Shown here: one piece after another, positions 12,916 to 24,812 of the stretch
Position numbering within the stretch: position 1 is the first letter of the stretch
How the letters are laid out: each line of letters begins with the position of its first letter
Source: Heterodontus francisci
Taxonomy: Eukaryota
Reading direction: 5' to 3'
Assembly (NCBI RefSeq): GCF_036365525.1
Contig: NC_090385.1
Span: 90,938,065-91,002,064, forward strand
Length of the DNA stretch: 64,000 nt
Program-made: the position numbers and the translations under genes
Notes under the pieces: generated by a model
Databases searched by the model: none
What the model was told of the DNA's origin: nothing
The model's input: only the letters and a program-made list of their open reading frames with translations

Positions 12916-14122
12916 CAAAGAACAAAGAAAATTACAGCACAGGAACAGGCCCTTCGGCCCTCCAAGCCTACGCCGATCCAAATCCTCTATCTAAACCTGT
13001 CGCCCATTTTCTAAGGGTCTGTATCTCTTTACTTCCTGCCCATTCATGTATCTGTCTAGATACATCTTAAAAGACGCTATCGTGCCCGCGTCTACCATCT
13101 CCGCTGGCAATGCGTTCCATGCACCCACCACCCTCTGCATAAAGAACTTTCCACGCATATCCCCCCTAAACTTTTCCCCTTTCACTTTGAACTCGTGTCC
13201 CCTTGTAATTGAATTCCCCACTCTGGGAAAAAGCTTCTTGCTATCCACCCTGTCTATACCTCTCATGATTTTGTACACCTCCGTCTTTCTAATGAAAATA
13301 ATCCTAATCTACTCAACCTCTCTTCATAGCTAGCGCCCTCCATACCAGGCAACATCCTGGTGAACCTCCTCTGCACCCTCTCCAAAGCATCCACATCCTT
13401 TTGGTAATGTGGCGACCAGAACTGCACGCAGTATTCCAAATGTGGCCGAACCAAAGTCCAATACAACTGTAACATGACCTGCCAACCCTTGTACTCAATA
13501 CCCCGTCCGATGAAGGAAAGCATGCCGTATGCCTTCTTGACCACTCTATTGACCTGCGTTGCCACCTTCAGGGAACAATGGACCTGAACACCCAAATCTC
13601 TCTGTACATCAATTTTCCCCAGGACTTTTCCATTTACTGTAAAGTTCACTCTTGAATTGGATCTTCCAAAATGCATCACCTCGCATTTGCCCTGATTGAA
13701 CTCCATCTGCAATTTCTCTGCCCAACTCTCCAGTCTATCTATATTCTGCTGTATTCTCTGACAGTCCCCTTCACTATCTGCTACTCCACCAATCTTAGTG
13801 TCGTCTGCAAACTTGCTAATCAGACCACCTATACTTTCCTCCAAATCATTAATGTATATCACAAACAACAGTTGTCCCAGCACGGATCCCTGTGGAACAC
13901 CACTGGTCACACGTCTCCATTTTGAGAAACTCCCTTCCACTGATACTCTCTGTCTCCTGTTGCCCAGCCAGTTCTTTATCCATCGAGCTAGTACACCCTG
14001 GACCCCATGCGCCTTCACTTTCTCCATCAGCCTACCATGGGGAACCTTATCAAACGCCTTACTGAAGTCCATGTATACGACATCTACAGCCCTTCCCTCA
14101 TCAATCAACTTTGTCACTTCCT
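12916..14122 (-). mobile_element. Young 5'-truncated CR1 LINE
   Basis: Uninterrupted 284-aa ORF 13263..14117 (DFSKAFDKVPH, GVPQGSVLG, FADD, LVRPHLEYCVQFW) with a (TTCTTTG)-type tail. Confidence 0.95.
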
Positions 14123-14176
14123 TACCATTTAATTCATCTTAAAACATTCTAATACTTGGTTAGACCACACTGGGAT

Positions 14177-15153
14177 GAGACAGGGGAAAACCGGCGTGGT
14201 CACACATCAACTATTCACGTCAGGGGCCCATTTCCTCTCTCTCCGTCCTCTACTAGTCTGATTCTGATTTCGCTGATGATCGGCGGTCGTCTGTTGAGAT
14301 CCCACTTCTGACACCAAAATGTTAATCTGAGTTCTTTTTGCCTTCAGTCTGGTTCAGTAAATATACCGAGTCGGATGTGTAGGTAAAATCAATTACTTTA
14401 TTTGCGCAGTCGCCAGCGGACTTACTCTGAGAACAGCGGCACTGACTCCACCAGAGTCTGTCGGGTCCCCCCCCAGAGTAAGTGAAGTTTGTGATACAGG
14501 TACTACTGTTTAAACATTAAGATTCATGCTACACCTCCTTGTTTAACCAATCAGTGCGGTACAATTCGACTTCACCCACGTGGTGACATGCAGTACATCT
14601 GTTACTGAGGTTACAATACACTCCATTCTCAATACATACTTGTTACTAATAAAATATTGTTTTGTACCAGCAAGATTAAAAGAAAACAGACATTAAGACA
14701 ATTAGCAAAGGAAGAAGAGTTAGAAACTAGATACTGATTTTGATTCCCACAGATACTGCTTTTGCTTTCCACAATTGTCATAAGTCCTGAGATCCTGTAA
14801 TCTCTATCAAGTCACATCATGAAGTAACACCAAGCAGCAACAGTATACAGTGATAGTGTGGCCTTTCATTCCTTATCATCACTCACACAGGGATGGCCAG
14901 CATGTCTCACAGGAATCCATTTGTTCCAAACCACAAGGAGTCACACAATCAAGTCATGAATGAACAAATGTCCTTGCAATTACCAGTGCCTGTAAGTTTA
15001 AACGATCTCTCACTCTCAGCCTTTACTTTTAACTATTTCATTGCAGTTTCTCAAGCTTTAAATCATTTCATCAGAGCTCAGCAAAGTGATTACTCCTAAC
15101 TTGGCTATATTTCCCATCTAGCATAGTGCCATGCCTTTCTGCTCACTTCCACA
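14177..15153 (-). mobile_element. LTR (14320-15153) + tRNA-Leu PBS + about 120 bp leader of an LTR retroelement
   Basis: Minus strand TGTGGAAG...TTAACA followed by TGGTGTCAGAAGTGGGAT (14299-14316); flanked by GGAT..GGAT. Confidence 0.75.
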
Positions 15154-15778
15154 GGATTAGTGTGCACAGTGTGGTCTCCATTATTATAAAAAATATAGGG
15201 GCACTGGAGAAAGTGCAAAAAAGATTTACAAGGATGATAATAGAACTGAGGGGTTATAATGATCAGGAAATACCGAACAGAAAATAGAAGCCTGCGGGGG
15301 GTGGGGGAGGGGGGGCGACCTGATGGAGGCCTTTAAATTTATGAAAGGTTTTGATTGGTTTGATATAGAAAAAATGTTTCTATTTGTGAGGGAGACCAAA
15401 ATTAGGGGCCATAAATATAAGAAAGTCACTGATAAAGTCAATAAAGATTTCAGGTGAAGCCTGTTTACCCAGAGAGCAATTAGAATGTGGAATTTGCTGC
15501 CACAAGTTGAGACAAATAGCAGAGGAAGCTAGATAAGTACATGAGGGAGAAAGGAACAGAAGATTATGCTGATAGGGTTAGATAAAGAGCAGTGGGAGGA
15601 GACTCATGCGGAGATTAAACACCAGTATATATCTGTTAGACTGAATTGCCTGTTTCTGTGCTGTACATTATGTGTAATTCTGTTTTACCATTTAGTGATT
15701 GAAACTGAAAATAATCAAGCTGGAGATAATCGATCTCATTCTGCTTCTGATCTTGTTTTGTGTAATTATTTTAAACAG

Positions 15779-15949
15779 ACAGTCCTGTTCTGGACATTAA
15801 CAACATTCACCCCACCAACATATGGACCTATTGAGTACCCTGTCTGGGCAACAGCACTTGGCTGGTGTATGGTAATCTTCTGTATTATGTGGATCCCCAT
15901 TGTGGCTATTGTGAGAGTTTTCCGATCTGAGGGCTCCACCTTGTGTCAG
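15779..15949 (+). CDS. SLC6A14: SLC6A14-like (ATB0,+) Na+/Cl- dependent amino acid transporter, penultimate coding exon (TM12 region)
   Basis: Acceptor ttttaaacAG (15777-15778) and donor CAG|GTAAG; 171 bp, phase 0/0. Encodes TVLFWTLTTFTPPTYGPIEYPVWATALGWCMVIFCIMWIPIVAIVRVFRSEGSTLCQ, matching the SLC6 'YG...YP.W...LGWCM...WIP' motif. Closest to SLC6A14 by recollection; SLC6A5 not formally excluded. Confidence 0.88.
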
Positions 15950-16679
15950 GTAAGGATATCTTTTAAAGATTAGGGAATAGAGTTTCTGAAGTTCTCCCAG
16001 TTCTCACTGTACCTTCAGTGATAGATCAGCGGAAAATTGGAGAAATGGCATAAACAATCATTTCAGGTTTTATGTTGGGTTTTCTGGGTATTCTAACAAT
16101 CTTTTAATCCCAGTCTTAATTTATTCTGAATTGATTAATGTCTTTATTAAAATAATATCAATCAGAAAACCTAGTTGGTGAAATTGATCTCCACAGCGTT
16201 TCTGGTGCTGGCGCTATGGAAACCCCAAACAACTAAAGTGGCACCATTTGTGTGTTGGCCATTTCCGGTGTGGCCCACATGGTGCCCCATGCTGGGAAGG
16301 GTGCTCGCACGGGCGTGCCTTGCGTGTGCCAGAAGCACAGAAGAGACCCTATCATGAGGTCAAATCGCCATTCCAGCTGATCAGACACTCAATTCACGAA
16401 CTTGCTCTGCATGAGCACTGAACACCAGGCTAATCACTCAGCACTGAACAGGCATTCTGCAGCATGAGGGCCACCTCCTCCCCTCTATTCGTGTTATTTA
16501 AAGCTCCAGCCACCAGCTTGCAGGGGAGGTACTTTTGATTTACGTCTGCTTAGGCAACATTAGTGGAAGTCCTGTGGATTGTGTTTGGGGGTGTCTTGGT
16601 GAGCTGCTGCGTACTTTCAGGGAGGCAGCAGGACCCAACTCTGCACCAGGTATTACAACTGTGGTTTCAGTGCCTCTGG

Positions 16680-17770
16680 GTCTGCAACATGACCATCAAG
16701 CTGAGCGAAGGCTGCAGAGAGAGGAATCCGTCTGAAAATGGAGGAGGAGAAGGAAGAGGGCTCCCCACTGAAAGTCCTGCACACCACAGGTTTTTAGAGA
16801 TAACTTCTACCTCCACCTGACCCAGAAACAATGTCTGAGGCAATTCAGATTTAACAAGGTGACTGAACTGTGCCACCTCCATCAAACCAACCTGGAGCCT
16901 CACACCATGGTGAGGATGGCACTGCCAATGGGTATAAAGATTACAGTGGCATTAAACTGTTATGCGTTTGGTTCTGCCCAGGCCGGAGTGGGGGACATTT
17001 CCAACATATCCAAGCCCACCTCTGGAAACACATCTGGAGAGGTGATGGAGGCCATCTGTGCAGGGAGGGGGCGAATACACTGTTTTCTCCCTCAGCAGAG
17101 AGAAACAGAATAAGTGGGCACATAGCTTTGCCAGGACACTGGAATTAGGGATGCAGGGCACCATCAACTGCATGCACATGGTTCTGTGACTCTCCAGATC
17201 AACGGGAAGAGGTAAAGAAAACACAAGGCTACCGTTCCATCAATGTACAGTTGGTGTGCAACGATGCACAGAGAATCATGTTTGTGAATGCCCATTATCC
17301 TGGCAATAGCCATGATGCCTTTGTTCTGAGGTAGTTTGCTGTACCAACTTCCTCAGGCCTGTACTGAGATCCAGAGGATGGATCCTCAGGGACAAAGGCT
17401 CACCCATGTACACATGGCTCATTACTCATGCTCTGCCACTCAATCAAGCAAGGACTTATAACGAGAGCTGAGGAGCCACTGGAAACATCGTGGAGTTGCC
17501 CATCGGCATGCTGAAGCAAAGCTCCTGATGTCTGGACCATTGTGGGCGAATGCCTCCAATACTTGCTGAGGCAGGTGTTCAAGCTCATGGTGGTCTGCTG
17601 TACCCTCGATTACATCACCAAAATGAGGGCACAGCCATTGCCATCAGGAATCCAGAGGCTACCTCAGGAGGAGTAGGAGAAGGAAGAGCAGGAGGCAGTA
17701 AGGATGCATCCTGGACCCTTCACTCCGGACGTGCTGTCTAAGAACACCTGCTTAGACCCTGGTTTCCATA
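16680..17770 (+). pseudogene. HARBI1-like DDE transposase remnant
   Basis: TELCHL...ALPMGIKITVALNCYAFGS.Q.G.GDISNIS; QGTINCMH; SINVQLVC; VNAHYPGNSHDAFVL; IGMLKQ; frameshifts and stops. Confidence 0.9.
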
Positions 17771-19316
17771 AAACTAGGTCCTTTATCACCATGGATCCAC
17801 CTTTCCCCAGTGTTACAGAGACACACCATCTCAGTATCCCTTGGTCTCCATCTTACAATTAAAGCCACTCAGAACAACTCTTTCATTAACTTCTATATGC
17901 AAAAACACATCCAATTCTACAAACAGAAGTGAACTATTCACTCTTGTGCATTCGCTTGGTATCTATCTTGCAGGTATCTTTGCCAGTCCTAGTGTTCCTA
18001 CTCAGTGCTACCCCAATGGCTGGTGGAAGACTGTTGACTTTCAGTGAGGGAGACTGCAGTGGTCCTGCAGGACGACCACAAGCATCTCTGGGCCGAGAAG
18101 GTCTGACTTCAGACTGCACAACCTTGGCCTGGGCGGCAGCAGTCAGGGCTGTCTGACAGACAACAGCAGGGACAGTGGCAAAGTGGCAGCAGTGTAAGTG
18201 TGAATGCTGTCACCCTGAGTGAGAATAGCAGGTTTATTCTCAATGGAGCCACAGACACTCCAACATTGCAGTGTTTCTGCAATCCTAGTAATCTGTTAGA
18301 GGACAGATTTCCAAATGGCTGTAACACCCTGCACACCCATTTAAACACTGGCATCCACAGCCATGATGGCAGCAGTCTGAACCTGCATGGCAGCAAGATG
18401 ACCTTGCATGATCTCAGCCTGAGCTTCCATTGCAGCACACAGACCTTGGGTTGCTGCTGTTTGTGCTGCAATGGAAGCTGAGACAGCAGCCATCACATGC
18501 TGCGTCATGGTGGGGTCCACAGTGTGTGAATGGATTTGGCCACCAGTTCCATGCTGGAGAGGATGGGCTTCAATTCTAAGCAACACTTAGTGGCAAATTA
18601 GTGTCGGACTCCTCCATGCTCCTTGACATTGACTGCAGGCCTTCTGGCTGGCTTCCCAACACATTAAGTATTACAATGTGTATAGCCATCAGTGTTCTTC
18701 TTTAGACTGCCCCATCCAAGTGCTTATTTAAATCCTCTATAGCAGAACTTGTGTGTGACCTCACCCTCCAGTGAGCTAGCACCTGCACTATCCCTGCCCC
18801 CACCCAAGCTGCAGAGCACTTGTGCCCAGTGACACATCAGGTGCAGATCCCATTTCTGTGCTATCTCTAAATTATGTTCAGTGTCAGTATCTGAGCTGGT
18901 GGCTGCAAGTGTGAAATCGAGGGACATCATGTCTTCACCTTCACTATCGTCCTGCTCATCCACCACTGCCTGGCCAGGTTGCAGTTCTTGCGTATTTGAA
19001 AGTAGGAAGGCACAAGGGTAAGGTTGTAGTGAGGGGAGGTAGGAAGGAAGCAGGAGATATATGCTTACACCATCTGCAGCTTGTAAATCAGAAGAGATTG
19101 TGGAATGAGGGGAAATGGGATGTAAGAAGGGAGATTAGGTCTGAGGATACAGTCACCTTCAATGGTTTCAGCCCACCACTGGCCATGGCCTCAGTAATGG
19201 CCGTCCCAATAATGGCCACCACTGCCTTCTCCACAGGTGGTTTGTAGATGCAGCCACTCATATCCCCTTCTGGTTAGGCATCAACTTGTCCTGCAAGAGA
19301 GAGAGAAGAGCCTAGA

Positions 19317-22300
19317 CTGAATTCCTTGTGAGACGTTTTGCTCGTGCTGTTGGAGAAGGTTTAAACTAGTTTGGTGGTGGATGGGGACCTGAGGGCAGAC
19401 TCAATTGGGACAAAATCAGAAATGAAAATGGAAGGCAGAAAATTAATGGATGAGTCTGGGAGACAGAGGAAACAAAGGTTAGAAAATAAGAAAAAAAGAG
19501 TTTGGCAGTGCTCAAGGGTATCCATTTCAATGCAAGGAATATAGCAAATAAAGCAGATGAACTGAGGGCACAGATAGACACGTGGCAGTATGATATCATA
19601 GCTATTACAGAAACATGGCTTCAGGAGGGACAGGAATGGCAGCTCAACGTTCCTGGTTACAGGGTTTTCAGATGCGATAGGGAGGGGAATAAGAAAGGAG
19701 GGGGAGTGGCAATTTTGGTCAAGGAAACTATTACAGCTATGAGGAGGGATGATATGTTGGAAGGTTCATCAAATGAGACCATATAGATTGAACTAAGGAA
19801 CGAAAAAGGGGCAATCACACTGCTGGGAGTGTATTAAAGACCCTCAAACCGTCAGAGGGAGATAGAAGAGCAGATATGTAGGCAAATCTCTGAGAAGCAC
19901 AAGAAAGGTGGCACAGTGGTTAGTACCGCAACACACATCTCCAGGGACCCGGGTACTGGGTACTGCCTGTGCGGAGTTGACAAGTTCTCCGGTTTCCTCC
20001 CATCGCCAAAGACTTGCAGGTGATAGGTAAATTGGCCATTGTAAATTGCCCCTAGTTTAGGTAGGTGGTAGGGAATATGGGATTACTGTAGGGTTAGTAT
20101 AAATGGGTGGTTGTTGGTCGGCACAGACTCGGTGGGCCGAAGGGCCTGTTTCAGTGCTGTATCTCTAAATAAATAAAAAAAATAGGGCATTAATGGTAGT
20201 GGATTTTAACAACCCCAATATGAACTGGGATAGTTTTAGTGTGAAAGGAATTGAGGGAGCAGAATTCTTAAGGTGAATTCAGGAGAACTTTCTGCCCAGT
20301 ATGTAGCAAGTCCAACAACAGAAGGAGCTATTTTAGACTTTGTTTTAGGAAATAAAGATGGGCAGGTGGAAGGGGTGGCAGTGGGAGAGCATTTTGGTGG
20401 TAGTGATCATAATTCAGTCAGTTTTCACATAATTATGGAAAAGGACAAAGATAGAACAGGAGTTAAGAGTTCTCAACTGGGGCAAGGCCAATTTTACTAA
20501 GCTGAGGAGTGATTTAGCGAAAGTGGACTGGAAACAGATACTTGAAGGGAAATCCGTGTCAGAACCATGGGAGGCATTCAAAGGGGAGATTCAGGGGGTT
20601 CAGAGTAAACATGTTCCCACAGAGAAAAAGGGTGAGACGGTCAAATCTGGAGCCCCATGGATGTCAAGGAGCCCACATGGTAAGATAATGCAGAAAAGGA
20701 AAGCTTATGTCCAACACCGAGAACTCAATACTACAGAAAGTCGAGAGGAGTATAGAAAGTGGAGGGGTGAAATCAAAAATGAAACTAGGAAAGCAAAGAG
20801 AGGGCATGAAAGAATATTGTCAAGCAAAATCAAGGTGAATCCAAAGATGTTTTCTCAATACATAAAAAGTAAGAGGATAACTTAAGGAAAGAGTAGGGCC
20901 CATAAAAGACCAAAAAGGTAACCTATGTGTAGGGGTTGAAGATATTGGTATGGTTCTTAATGAATACTTTGCGACTATCTTTATAAATGAGGGGGATTAT
21001 GCAGATATTGTGGTCAAGGAGGTGGAGTGTGAAGTATTGGATGTGATAAACATAGGGAGAGAGTAAGTATTAATGGGATTAGCATCCTTGAAAGTTGATA
21101 AATCACCAGGGCCAGATGAAATGTACGCTAGGCTGTTGAAAGAAGCAAGAGAGGAAATAGCAGAAGGTCTGACCATCATTTTCCAGTCCTCACTGGATGC
21201 AGGTGTTGTGCCGGAGGATTGGAGAACTGCTAACATTGTATCCCTGTTTAAAAAGGAAGCAAAGGATAGACCGAATAATTACAGTCCAGTCAGTCTAACC
21301 TCAGTAGTGGGCAAATTATTGGAATCTATTCGGAGAGACAGGATAAACTGTCACTATGAAAGGCACAGGTTAATCAAGGAGAGTCAGCATGGATTTGTGA
21401 AGAGAAGATCTTCTTTGACCAACTTGATCAAATTTTTTGAAGAAGTAACAAGGAGGATAGATGAGGGTAGTGCAGATGATGTGATCTGCATGGATTTTAA
21501 CAAGGCTTTTGACAAGGTCCCACATGGCAGACTAGTTAAAAAAAAATACAATAAATTGGATCCAGGGAAATGCAGCAAGATGGATTCAAAATTGGCTCAG
21601 TGGCAGGAAACAAAGGATAATTGTTGACGGGTGTTTTAGTGACTGGAGGGCTGTTTCCAGTGGCGTCCCGCAGGACTCAGTACTGGGTTCCCTCCTTTTT
21701 GTGGTATCTATTAACGATTTGGACGTAAATGTTGGGGGCATGATCAAGATGTTTGCAGACGATGCAAAGATTGGCCTTGTGGTAGATAGTGAGGAGGATA
21801 GCTGTAGGCTGCAGGAAGATATTGATGGCCTGGTCAGATGGGCAGAAAAGTGGCAAATGGAATTCAACCTGGAGAAGTGTGAGGTGATGCATTTGGGGAG
21901 GTCACACAAGGCAAAGGAATGCATGATTAATAGGAAAATACTGAGAAGTATAGAGGAAGTAAGGGACCTTGGAGTGAATGTCCACAGATCCCTGAAGGTA
22001 GCAGGACAGGTCAATAAGGTGATAAAGAAGGCATATGGAATCCTTTCCTGTATTAGCCGAGGTACAGAATGCAAGAGCAGGGAGGTTATGCTGGAACTGT
22101 AAAACTCATTGGTCGGGCCACAACTTGAATGCGATGTGCAGTTCTGGTCACCTCATTACAGAAAGGATGTAACTGCACCAGAAAGGGTACAGAGGAGATT
22201 TATGAGGATATTGCCAGGACTGGAAAAGTGCAACTATGAGGAAAGATTGGATAGGCTGGGGTTGTTTTCTCTGGAACAGAGAAGGCTGAGGGGAGATCTG

Positions 22301-22670
22301 ATTGAAATATGCAATATTTTGGGCGGCCTGGATAGAGTGGAGGTCAAGGGTCTATTCACCTTTAGCAGAGAGGGCAGTGAAAAGGGGGCATAGATTTAAA
22401 GTAGAAAAATTAGAGGGGAGATGAGGAAAAACTTTTTCATCCCGAGGACGGTGGGGGTCTGGAACTCATTGCCTGAAAGGGTAATTGAGGCAGAAATCCT
22501 GAACTCATTCAAAAGGAGTCTGGATATGCACTTGAAGTGCTGTAATCTGCAGGGCTATGGACCAAATGCTGGAAGGTGGGATTAGAATAGGTGGACCATT
22601 TTTCGGCCAGCACAGACATGATGGGCCAGGTGGCCTCTTTCTGTGCCTTAAACTTTCTATGATTCTATCA
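19317..22670 (+). mobile_element. CR1 LINE, end of ORF1 plus full decayed ORF2
   Basis: APE motifs FNARNIANK, IAITETWL, GGGVAIL, GSDHN; RT KSPGPD, SQHGF, DF.KAFDKVPH, FADD; 3' tail ttctatgattctat. Confidence 0.95.
19907..20181 (+). mobile_element. HE1-like V-SINE inserted in CR1
   Basis: Same body and tail as 2810-3148, with internal deletions. Confidence 0.85.
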
Positions 22671-22867
22671 TGCGGCTGACATGGTTGAATAGTTGGCAGT
22701 GTGTGCAAGCTGTGAGGTGTGGGTGTGAGATTTGCAGCAGTGCTAAATGTGTGAGGGTAAGGTGGAGCACATCAATGTTCAGGATAAATGCTGATTGATA
22801 TAGATTTCGATAGGTGAGTGACATGGGTGTGGTAATTTGAGCAGTGTCGAATTGTGCAGTTGGTAGG

Positions 22868-23779
22868 TGTTACGACCAGGTGAGAAAGGTGTCACGGGGT
22901 CTTTTACTCTCTTTACCTGGTCTTATTGTAACAGGGTTTAATTTTAAATACACTGTGTTTTGAGCTCCCCCTTTGGTGAATCCTTGTTCACCACTTTCCA
23001 ATTATGAGGCAAAGAAATGAGCATAAACAGACTTTCTTAGGTTTAAAGAAGAAAAGTGAAATTTATTCAACCTTAAATTTAAACTCTAATACAGTTAACG
23101 CCTACGGATATACGCCACGCCCACACTAGCATGCACATGTGATACACACATACAAATAGGGACAGAAAAGAGCAGAAGAAAAATAAAATGGAGTGGTTTG
23201 AGGCAATATGATGAGTTTCTTGTTTACTGTGCTTCAAGCTCACTGTAGTTGTTTTGTAAGTTGTATTGCTTTTCGTTGGGGCCCAGTATTCTTCTTAAAC
23301 CTTGTTCACTGTAGGAGACCTTTCTCTTTTGGGGTTCATGTGTCTTCAATGGTTTCCGAAGCTGGTGAGAGTGAGATGAGAGCAGACAGGAGAGAGGTTT
23401 CTCAGTCCAGGAGAAAGCAGCTTTCTGATTTTCAATTCCCTGTTGGAAGTTCAAATTCAAAAAACTCCAACAGTCAGCCAGCCTTGTGACTAAACTGGCC
23501 TGACCACATCTGTTTATGTATTCGGCCATCTTTTTAGTTAATCTAGAATGCTTCAACATCTGGTAATCAAAAGTCCATTGTGGATTAAGTTGGAGCAGGG
23601 AATAGCTCCTTTGTCCTTTGAAGTACTGTTTGTTGATATGCTCATATCTCTTTCCAGCCAAAGTCCCCAATTGTTTGTTTAAAGCAAGTTCTTTCTTCAC
23701 CAACATTTGTTTGAAAGTCAATGTTCACGTGGCAAAATTAATTTTCCTCATTCTTGACGGGTGGGGGGCTTGCCAGACA
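22868..23779 (-). mobile_element. Solo LTR of the Gmr1-like family
   Basis: Minus strand TGTCTGGCAAG...GTCGTAACA, homologous to LTRs at 30896 and 38641; flanks GTAGG/GTTGG (near 5-bp TSD). Confidence 0.85.
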
Positions 23780-24535
23780 GTTGGAAATGACATTAGAAGC
23801 TGCATTTACTACCTTGACCACATGTGTGAGGTTATTGACCATCTTGTGGCACTGCATCCAGGTGCTCAAGGTTTGACACCTGGCATTGACCAATGTGACT
23901 ATCTGCTCCAACTGCCTTCTGTGTGTATCTGGAGGGCCTCCTGGCCCCCTGCAGGTTCAGGACATTTCTCCACCTTTCTACCTCCTCCACTGCAGCATCA
24001 GAAAATCCTAGAGCACGCTATCTCCCATGTTGTGCCATTATTAAGTATTTTCCAGTCAGACTCAGTTGTAGAATGACTTCCATGATCTGCTTTCACACCT
24101 CTCCTTCAGGAGGTACAATCTGACTTTAATTGGTCCGGGCCTGTCCCAATTTCAGGCACCTGCTGATACCTGAATCCAGTCCACAGCACTGTTCATGCTG
24201 GCTGCATGCTGCAATAATGTTCATCAGCAGACCTAACGAGGTTGATCAACTGTCTACAACACATTGAACGAGCATGGGTTAATCGCGCATTGTGATTCCC
24301 AGCCCAGTTTTAGGGACTATCAAACTTAGCCCCCAATGACTATGATTCCCTGAGTGAAGTTTCTTCCCATTACTAAATATTGGGATCACCTGAACCTCCC
24401 TTCACAACTCAACTTCCTTGTTGGATCCAACTGCAGGATAATCTGGTTAGGATCAGGGTTTTTCTTCTAGTTGAATGTTAATGGTCAGTAAAAATCAGGC
24501 AGAAATAATTAACCATTTCACTTTTCCTTTCACAG

Positions 24536-24673
24536 AAAATCTCTGCCGTTTGCACATCAGCTCCTGATTGGGGTCCATACTTGGAACAACACAGAGGGGA
24601 AAGATACAGAAACAGGCCAGATTCTACAGAATCCCCTAACTGTGTGCAACTTCTGGCTACTTCTAAAGTGTGA
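24536..24673 (+). CDS. SLC6A14: SLC6A14-like last coding exon (cytoplasmic C-tail)
   Basis: Pyrimidine tract cttttcctttcacAG, then KISAVCTSAPDWGPYLEQHRGERYRNRPDSTESPNCVQLLATSKV* in phase with the previous exon. WGPYLEQHRGERY is the SLC6A14-type tail motif. Too short to appear in the ORF track. Confidence 0.9.
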   Translation, partial: KISAVCTSAPDWGPYLEQHRGERYRNRPDSTESPNCVQLLATSKV

Positions 24674-24812
24674 AATTTTAAAGGAACAGAATTGCTGAGC
24701 TATTTGAAAACAATGGTCCTAAAAATCCATTTCTAATCTGGTGTAATCCCACCGAAACCTCAGTGGGAATTCTCTAGAAAAGCCAGCAATTCAGTCAGGA
24801 TCCAAACACACT

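Larger units (their letters stand above)
139..15682 (+). mobile_element. Old CR1 LINE ORF2/3' end split into collinear pieces (139-175, 967-2035, 2780-2808, 3149-3270, 4698-4772, 14140-14176, 15154-15682)
   Basis: Decayed RT motifs in order: YRPVSL (1568), SQHG, DTKLG (2016), LVRPHL-like (14157), ALEKVQKRFTRMI (15200), then the CR1 3' tail ctgtttctgtgctgta (15650). Confidence 0.75.
17960..24030 (-). pseudogene. Harbinger Myb/SANT-like gene remnant (multi-exon)
   Basis: Exon 1 (about 24030-23813): FSDAA..VEEVERWRNVL..GARRPS...LVNARC..TWMQCHKMVNNLTHVVK|GT. Exon 2 acceptor ctcttgcAG|DKL at 19290; later exons about 18990-17960. Confidence 0.8.
16175..24334. mobile_element. Decayed autonomous-type PIF/Harbinger transposon 2 filling the last SLC6A14 intron
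   Basis: Ends tggtgaaattg.. / ..caaacttagccccc; transposase on +, Myb-like gene on -, convergent; nested CR1, SINE and LTR. Confidence 0.8.

Noticed and set aside
1-15700. Further upstream SLC6A14 exons
   Set aside because: No SLC6-like peptide seen; the region is almost entirely TE, so the previous exon probably lies before the window.
15566-15973. 135-aa ORF as a standalone gene
   Set aside because: Only 15779-15949 is an exon; the rest is CR1 tail and intron read-through.
16680-17770. Domesticated HARBI1 host gene
   Set aside because: Multiple stops and frameshifts, paired with a Myb-like gene inside transposon ends.
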